Below are positions 59,101-64,000 of a DNA stretch of 64,000 bases, in pieces. The first letter of the stretch is position 1; each line of letters opens with the position of its first letter. The translations under genes and the position numbers were made by a program. The stretch is taken from positions 1 to 64,000 of the IMG/VR virus record IMGVR_UViG_3300008624_000005, one strand, 5' to 3'. This DNA is from a virus (lineage: Duplodnaviria; Caudoviricetes). Below the pieces are notes generated by a model, which was not told where the DNA came from, searched no databases, and saw nothing but the letters and a program-made list of their open reading frames with translations.

Positions 59101-60339
59101 TAATTGTTCAGCAGTATCATTTGCCGCTACTATCTGTAAAAATGCTCCTGCTGAACCATCGGTTATTCTGGTTCCAGTAGATTCACCATAAGTAATACCA
59201 TTGGTATATATCTGACCTGAAGCATGTGTACCATCCGATACAGTTGAAAATTCAAATTGACTGTTTACTAATGTTGCATTACTTGTATCAAATTTATATG
59301 TGCCTCCTGCAACAAAATTAAAAGATGTAATAGCAGTACCTGCTCCAACTATTCCTGTAGCATCTTCAAAAATATATTTTCCGCTGTCAAATTTTACATA
59401 ATATGTTTGAGTAGTTATAGGAGGTGCAGTAGTTGTTAAAACAATACCATTACCTTCGGCTAAAGTTATTTCATCTACCGCTGTGGCTGTAAGTTTATCT
59501 TGGCCTGCTATATTCCAATGTTTAAACGTACTTTCCATAGCAATTTTCATTGCTTTGTTGCCTAAATCAGTTAATGCAAACCCGCTATCTACATCAAACT
59601 GTATCGATGTTATATCTGAATTAGTAACATTTGCACCAGTGCCTGTTTCTTTTACTTCTAAATTAAAAGTAGTACCGGTACCTCCTGTGAAGTTTTGTAA
59701 ACCTTCGGCACCAATATATCTATATCCTTTGAGCAAATATACAGAATGTGTGTAAACTCCACTTGATTGTGTTAATAATGGATCTCTAAGATTTCCATTA
59801 GGATTACCTACCATTACAAATACACCAGATTCATAATCCCAGTAATATTCTTCATCTGTAGATTGTGGATATATTTCTTCGTAATCTTGTCTTGCTGTTA
59901 AGTCGTAATTACCATTACCTCCGCCAGCAAGTGCTATTGCAAATTTAGGCAAATATGTTGCACCATATGTTGCTCTAAGCCAATTAGTGAGTCTAGTAGT
60001 ACCGTCACCTACTGTAGAACATGCAAGCCATGATCGTTGATCTGCTACAGTAGGATCTCGTGTTAATTCTATAACACCTGCAGATTCGCCAACTGCGGTA
60101 CCTGCTACAGCACCATTTTTATATTGATAAGAATTAACAGTAGCAGTATTAACATCACTGGCGACAGCAGGTATTAAATGACTGTCTAACCATAAATTGT
60201 GGGTTGGATTTGGAATAGGACTAACTATGGCTTCGTTATTTGGTCCTTTCTCGTGGTCAAATGCCGTTCGAGCTTTACCATAATTGACTTTTTTATCAAT
60301 CCTATTCGTGATTACATCATTTAAATTATATGTCGGCAT
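56143..60339 (-). CDS. Long repeat-rich fibre protein
   Basis: Multiple FxxLxDTPxxxxGxxGKxxxVxxxxTxLEF and LxDV repeats; ends DAIAFAIAFA. Confidence 0.85.
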   Translation of the reverse strand: MPTYNLNDVITNRIDKKVNYGKARTAFDHEKGPNNEAIVSPIPNPTHNLWLDSHLIPAVASDVNTATVNSYQYKNGAVAGTAVGESAGVIELTRDPTVADQRSWLACSTVGDGTTRLTNWLRATYGATYLPKFAIALAGGGNGNYDLTARQDYEEIYPQSTDEEYYWDYESGVFVMVGNPNGNLRDPLLTQSSGVYTHSVYLLKGYRYIGAEGLQNFTGGTGTTFNLEVKETGTGANVTNSDITSIQFDVDSGFALTDLGNKAMKIAMESTFKHWNIAGQDKLTATAVDEITLAEGNGIVLTTTAPPITTQTYYVKFDSGKYIFEDATGIVGAGTAITSFNFVAGGTYKFDTSNATLVNSQFEFSTVSDGTHASGQIYTNGITYGESTGTRITDGSAGAFLQIVAANDTAEQLYDFNQDTNGSGDGSGATITWQQKTLTITNEIVDNNNNIVVDGKYTIPGVIGAAGQVLRFPSTGSTLEWGSSGTVDLTDLSVTNATANATSTLTYDNTTGVFTYTPLDEQDPVFLASPAGNITTAKITDWDTAHGWGDHSVEGYLKTYTETDPVFGAHVSSGITQQKITNWDAAHAWTNHATQNYFDKDDDDLTDIRDVDTSALNVSTNGYFLRWNSIAQKWKEELTVVPASIDDLTDVDTSTTSPTVDQVLRWVAGTTNKWVNSTLSIPTVLDDLTDVDTTTTTPVLNQVLKYDGTKFTPQLDTGSNTLAGLTDVNVTGVSNGKIISYLNGTWVLDDKSATGATVFTGLTDTPSTYTSQAGKFVKVATNETSLEFADVSVPDEFIDLTDTPANYTGSAGYFVKVKNDGTGLEFINQTFLQNVTQENFTDLYDVAPVSGSNDTNFLYYDHPSTSFKWKAYELKNLEDVDALTSTNDQQIAYYNHATTSFKFRDYTLTQLLDVAGSIQADDEKVLYYDYGTNSYKWKALTLGQIIDVDTPVQGDDDKFLQYDFANNKFIWSDYPKVSIRNEGTTLTYEVGYLDFVGDGVNASAVGDNVTVTIDGNPTFIGQTDTPPTFSGNVGKMLIVNSGATGLQFTDVPTTITDFINLNDVLPNTYSTNEGKLVTVNSGATGLIFTDKTFINLDDTPSTMANEGGKYIAIKANETGLEFVNPPVQVDTFSALQDTPGISTGDAGKYIKVNTGGTALEFVDAPDDITTFAGLTDTPSTMSGQTGKYLRVAATGADLEFVEPPTTTFLELTDTPASFAGSDTFLLTVDETNAAIGFTNKTALGYLGEADLTNYTVGGTISTDNVIEGSTNKYYTEARVDTNFGSKNASDLADVDYANAPANNDVLIWNSVTSKWEPGVAPDTSTGEANTVSNVGTGTGVFKQKTGVDLEFHSISAGTGISVIQQGNNIQIGNLAVSGPGGSAYIEEDDAIAFAIAFA
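56650..58075 (-). repeat. Tandem fibre repeats (LTDTP..GK...LEF and YYD...(F/Y)KW types)
   Basis: About 8 LTDTP-type units interrupted by 4 YYD-type units in translation. Confidence 0.75.
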
Positions 60340-60340
60340 A

Positions 60341-63300
60341 TTAACTCCAATCCTCTACTGATATTGCGGTTACTGAATCTCCGTTTTCTATACCAAATCG
60401 TACTAGCACATGTTTATGAGTTGCTAAACCAGTATTTGCTGTTCCTAAATCTAAATTAGCATATGCATTTGTTAATACTGTATTAACCGCAAATGCTCCT
60501 TGGTCTGCGGCTGTACCTTGTCGTCTTACACCATCTGATCCGTTGCCGCCAGCACCTGTATTTGATCCTGGAAATTCTGCTCCACCATATAATGTACTAC
60601 AATCTAACCAACCATTTAAACCACTTGTGTTATCGGTATCGTATCCTGGAAATGCTATATAAAGAGATGATACTTTTCCCGATATCTTAATAGCAAATTT
60701 TGCCATACTATTTCGTTGGAAACACATTGTAAAATATTGTGTAACACTAGACAGTCTACCACCACCACCGAGATCTGCATTTGCAGGTAAGTAACCTGAC
60801 GAAAAATCTTCTAGTGTGTGTTTAATTTCATTTAAATAACATCCTGCTTCATTTGTACCAGGTAATGTATCATTTTGACTATCCCATGCATATGTTGTAT
60901 AATAATTGTTACTTGTATCTGTATAAGCAGGATAATCATGATCTGTTCCTGTCCAAGGACCATTAATACGTATTAAATCTGGTGCTCCGCTAACTGCCGC
61001 ACCTACAGTTATATTATTAGGTAATGCCGCTTCATCTAATGTTGGAGATTCGATCCAATACATTAATTTTGTAGTATCTGTGACATTAGCACCAGAACCA
61101 TTTACGTTTTCTGCTCTTGATTTTATTTTTCCGTCTTTTCCTAATCCTGAACCATTTATATTAACAGTTAAATCATTTAATGTAACTGGGGTACTAACAC
61201 CTACATTTTTATTAGGAACATATCCATGAAGATTTGTATGAGTTTTTACACTTGGAGGTAACATATCATCATGGGTATAAGTCTGGGTAGATATTGCAGT
61301 TCCAGTATCATTACTAATTGTAAGAGGTGTTGTTGTGTATCTATAAGTTTGCCCTGTAAGATTTGATAATGTTTGACCTGTTATAGATATACTAGCACCG
61401 GTATTATAAAACGCAATACCAGACATATATCTATATGTGGCTGTTCCTGCTACTGAAGTTCCCCATCCAGCAATTGTCGGAACATCAGTCATATCATCAT
61501 ATACCCATTTGGCTTGATAGGTTGATGTTCCATCATCGTGCTTTAATTGCATTGTATTGTAACCTATCGGAACTGTAGGGAAATGTACTTTTGCTACAAA
61601 TTCTTTATAAAAATTATCAGGATAAGTGTTATGGTTTAAAAGATTTGCGTCACGTTCAGCAGTAATTTCTAATTGTCCGCTTGCATCTACATTTCCTGAA
61701 CTATCATATCTGTTTACTTGAGGCGATCCATTAAACACTACCATACCATCTGGTGATCCATCAGCTGATTCATTGATATGGGCTTTTAATGTTCCAGCAT
61801 ATGTACCATTTGATGGAAATTCGTTACTCCATTGCGTTGTATCAGAAACCATAGAAGATGTTACTTGCCTGTTAACAGCGGTTGAGGCAGGTGGTGCCGA
61901 AGACCCGGCGGTATTATCATCTGTATCATCACATATGTGAGGTTGGGTACCTACACTGGACGGAGGATTTATAGTAGAACCTGTTAACCCATCTGGTGCA
62001 GTAGGTGCTTTTCTTATTTCAATATAATCTGCTTTGTTTTCAGTATCATCAGTACCACCAGCATAACTATTATCTGTAGATGTAATTAATTTTACAGTTC
62101 GTAGTAATGGTGATCCTGTATTAGTATATGTATTAGTTGGATTTTCTGCTGAACTTGTATTAGAATCTCCAAAATCCCACGAATATGCTGGGTTAAGAGA
62201 GACGCCATTATCTGTTAATCCTGTAGATGACCCTGTAAATTGTACAATATTAGATGCACCATTAGCATCGGCTCCACCATTAACAGGATCATATTTTATA
62301 AAATCAAATCCTATTCGAGGATCTACATAATCAGGACTACCATTTGCTGAAGTATTTTGATTTGTAAATGCTCCGCTAAATCCTGCTCTAGGATCTACAT
62401 TAACTGTTATAGTTGTTACAGATGTTGTATCTGAATTATTAGAGCCTCTTAAATTTTGTGCTTTTAAGGTTACATCAAATGTTTCTGCAACAAGATCATC
62501 TGCTAAAGTAAAATAATGTTCTATATCATTGAGATAATCACCATCAACATTACTACCGCCTGTTACAACTGTATCGCTTGTTGAATCGCCCCAATCCCAT
62601 GTAAATGTTGTATCTCCCCAAGTGCCTAAATTTGCAGAAGTATTTGTAAATCTTACAGGATGTCCTTCTTGTGTATTAGTTGCACCTTGAGCATTAGTAT
62701 CTCCAGATTCATCATTGTTACCTGTTATTAAGTTGTTTACATTAAAAGATGCAACAGGTTCTATATATCCGCTAATATGATCTGTTTTTTCTAAACTAGC
62801 AGTAGCACCTACACCTCCTTGGGCGGTTGTACTTCTACACCAAACTTTAGGAGACCATTGTGTATCTGCTGTAACCGTATTGCCACCTACATCATAATCA
62901 TATGTGTGTGTTTTTGTAGATGCCCATTCGATCCAATTTGATTCAACATGAGCATTATCACCATTAGTATTAGCACTTGCAGGAAATTTTGAACCGTCTC
63001 CAAATTCAATCATCCAATAATGTGTATACAACGATGCTGATGTATCAAATTCTATTTCTCTACCTGCTTGTGGGCCTCCTAGATCAACTACTGTATCATT
63101 ATTTGTTGTAGTCCATGCAGGTTCAGGTGCAGGTGTCCATAGTTCAACTGCGGCATCTTTTTTATAAATCGAATAACTACCCTCTGTTAATCCTGTTGTA
63201 CCTGTTGCAGATTGACATTTTAATGTCATAGTTACATTAATATCACCACCTGCAACAGATGTAAAACTTTGATCATAATATCCGTTGCTTATTGTAGTTG

Positions 63301-64000
63301 TATCGTTTGCTACATTAACTGTATTAGCCGGTGTTGTAACATCTTCAAACTCCCAATCTGCATGAGTAGCGTCTCCTGGATTCGAAATAGTAAATCTTAC
63401 AGTTAATGGCACAGCAGGAGATGCTCCGCCTTCTAATGGAGAATTAGTAAATGCCGCACCTTGAACATATGTATTATTTTTTATATTTTTAATAGTTTCG
63501 TTTAACCCATCCATTGCATCAGTTATAGTACCAGTAACGTCAAACCCAGATAACAATGTGCCTCCACTATAAGTAGAACTTTTTTGATAATAGGCTCCGT
63601 CGTTAAATGTTGTATCAGTTGGTGCTCCTAACGCACCACCTCCGCCTCCAGCTGAAGCAGGAGAATTTATCCAAGCCGCTCCATCCCAAGTTAATACATC
63701 GTTGGCTTGAACACTTGTTATAGTTGTATCTGTTAATCCTACTACAGTTCCTGCGGCACCTGCTTGATTTATCCATTTGTTATTTGAAGAATCCCACGTT
63801 AATACATCTCCTCCTGAAGGAGTTGTTATTGTAGTATCAGTTAATCCTGATACAGTTAATGCACCTGCATCTGTTAAATCTACTTCAGTTTGTTCATAAC
63901 TCATCCAGTATGGTTTTCCGTCTGCTTTTGTATAAAAATATCCACCTTCACCATCTGCTGGTTGTGTTGGCGTAGACCCTTGTTCGGTTGATATATGAAT
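60341..64000 (-). CDS. Large PKD-domain virion/fibre protein (5' end outside window)
   Basis: Frame is open to 64000 (IHISTEQG...KPYWMSYEQ), so Met 63904 is internal; PKD motifs WDWGDST, YSWDFGDSNTSSAENPTNTY, IEFGDG. Confidence 0.85.
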   Translation of the reverse strand: MHISTEQGSTPTQPADGEGGYFYTKADGKPYWMSYEQTEVDLTDAGALTVSGLTDTTITTPSGGDVLTWDSSNNKWINQAGAAGTVVGLTDTTITSVQANDVLTWDGAAWINSPASAGGGGGALGAPTDTTFNDGAYYQKSSTYSGGTLLSGFDVTGTITDAMDGLNETIKNIKNNTYVQGAAFTNSPLEGGASPAVPLTVRFTISNPGDATHADWEFEDVTTPANTVNVANDTTTISNGYYDQSFTSVAGGDINVTMTLKCQSATGTTGLTEGSYSIYKKDAAVELWTPAPEPAWTTTNNDTVVDLGGPQAGREIEFDTSASLYTHYWMIEFGDGSKFPASANTNGDNAHVESNWIEWASTKTHTYDYDVGGNTVTADTQWSPKVWCRSTTAQGGVGATASLEKTDHISGYIEPVASFNVNNLITGNNDESGDTNAQGATNTQEGHPVRFTNTSANLGTWGDTTFTWDWGDSTSDTVVTGGSNVDGDYLNDIEHYFTLADDLVAETFDVTLKAQNLRGSNNSDTTSVTTITVNVDPRAGFSGAFTNQNTSANGSPDYVDPRIGFDFIKYDPVNGGADANGASNIVQFTGSSTGLTDNGVSLNPAYSWDFGDSNTSSAENPTNTYTNTGSPLLRTVKLITSTDNSYAGGTDDTENKADYIEIRKAPTAPDGLTGSTINPPSSVGTQPHICDDTDDNTAGSSAPPASTAVNRQVTSSMVSDTTQWSNEFPSNGTYAGTLKAHINESADGSPDGMVVFNGSPQVNRYDSSGNVDASGQLEITAERDANLLNHNTYPDNFYKEFVAKVHFPTVPIGYNTMQLKHDDGTSTYQAKWVYDDMTDVPTIAGWGTSVAGTATYRYMSGIAFYNTGASISITGQTLSNLTGQTYRYTTTPLTISNDTGTAISTQTYTHDDMLPPSVKTHTNLHGYVPNKNVGVSTPVTLNDLTVNINGSGLGKDGKIKSRAENVNGSGANVTDTTKLMYWIESPTLDEAALPNNITVGAAVSGAPDLIRINGPWTGTDHDYPAYTDTSNNYYTTYAWDSQNDTLPGTNEAGCYLNEIKHTLEDFSSGYLPANADLGGGGRLSSVTQYFTMCFQRNSMAKFAIKISGKVSSLYIAFPGYDTDNTSGLNGWLDCSTLYGGAEFPGSNTGAGGNGSDGVRRQGTAADQGAFAVNTVLTNAYANLDLGTANTGLATHKHVLVRFGIENGDSVTAISVEDWS

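Noticed and set aside
459-60690. Many short antisense or alternative-frame ORFs in the track (e.g. 5115..5501, 12141..12482, 36903..37361, 58709..59089)
   Set aside because: They lie within long motif-bearing genes, lack RBS or motifs, and are expected shadows of codon bias
1-64000. Alternative genetic code, tRNA genes or introns
   Set aside because: Genes tile the window under the standard code with gaps too small for structured RNAs; TAG and TGA both act as stops; no cloverleaf seen

Overview
AT-rich, gene-dense segment of a large T4-like/jumbo myophage, probably aquatic; standard genetic code; no rRNA, tRNA, CRISPR or integrase seen. Layout: (1) 1-9990, minus strand: four radical SAM genes, a PLP enzyme and three GT-A glycosyltransferase-like genes directly downstream of the tail genes. 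(2) 10004-33722, minus: baseplate/tail module with gp25-like, gp6-like, a 4065-aa wedge protein and fibre proteins. (3) 33858-40665, plus: island of early/auxiliary genes driven by two near-identical sigma70-type promoters (PRPP synthetase, frameshifted 2OG-Fe(II) oxygenase, ATP-grasp, S4-like protein, two lipoproteins). (4) 40662-47629, minus: cassette of kelch-like propeller, fibre-chaperone-like protein, Cys-cluster/coiled-coil protein, U32-methyltransferase fusion, 2OG oxygenase and permease, bracketed by a duplicated fibre-tip domain. (5) 47626-64000, minus: array of modular fibre proteins. Best candidates for a new system: adjacent fibre genes carrying a glucose/sorbosone dehydrogenase-like (PQQ family) propeller and an amicyanin-type blue-copper site; the U32/oxygenase cassette; and the radical SAM/glycosyltransferase cluster. 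All calls come from motif recognition by eye; no searches were run.
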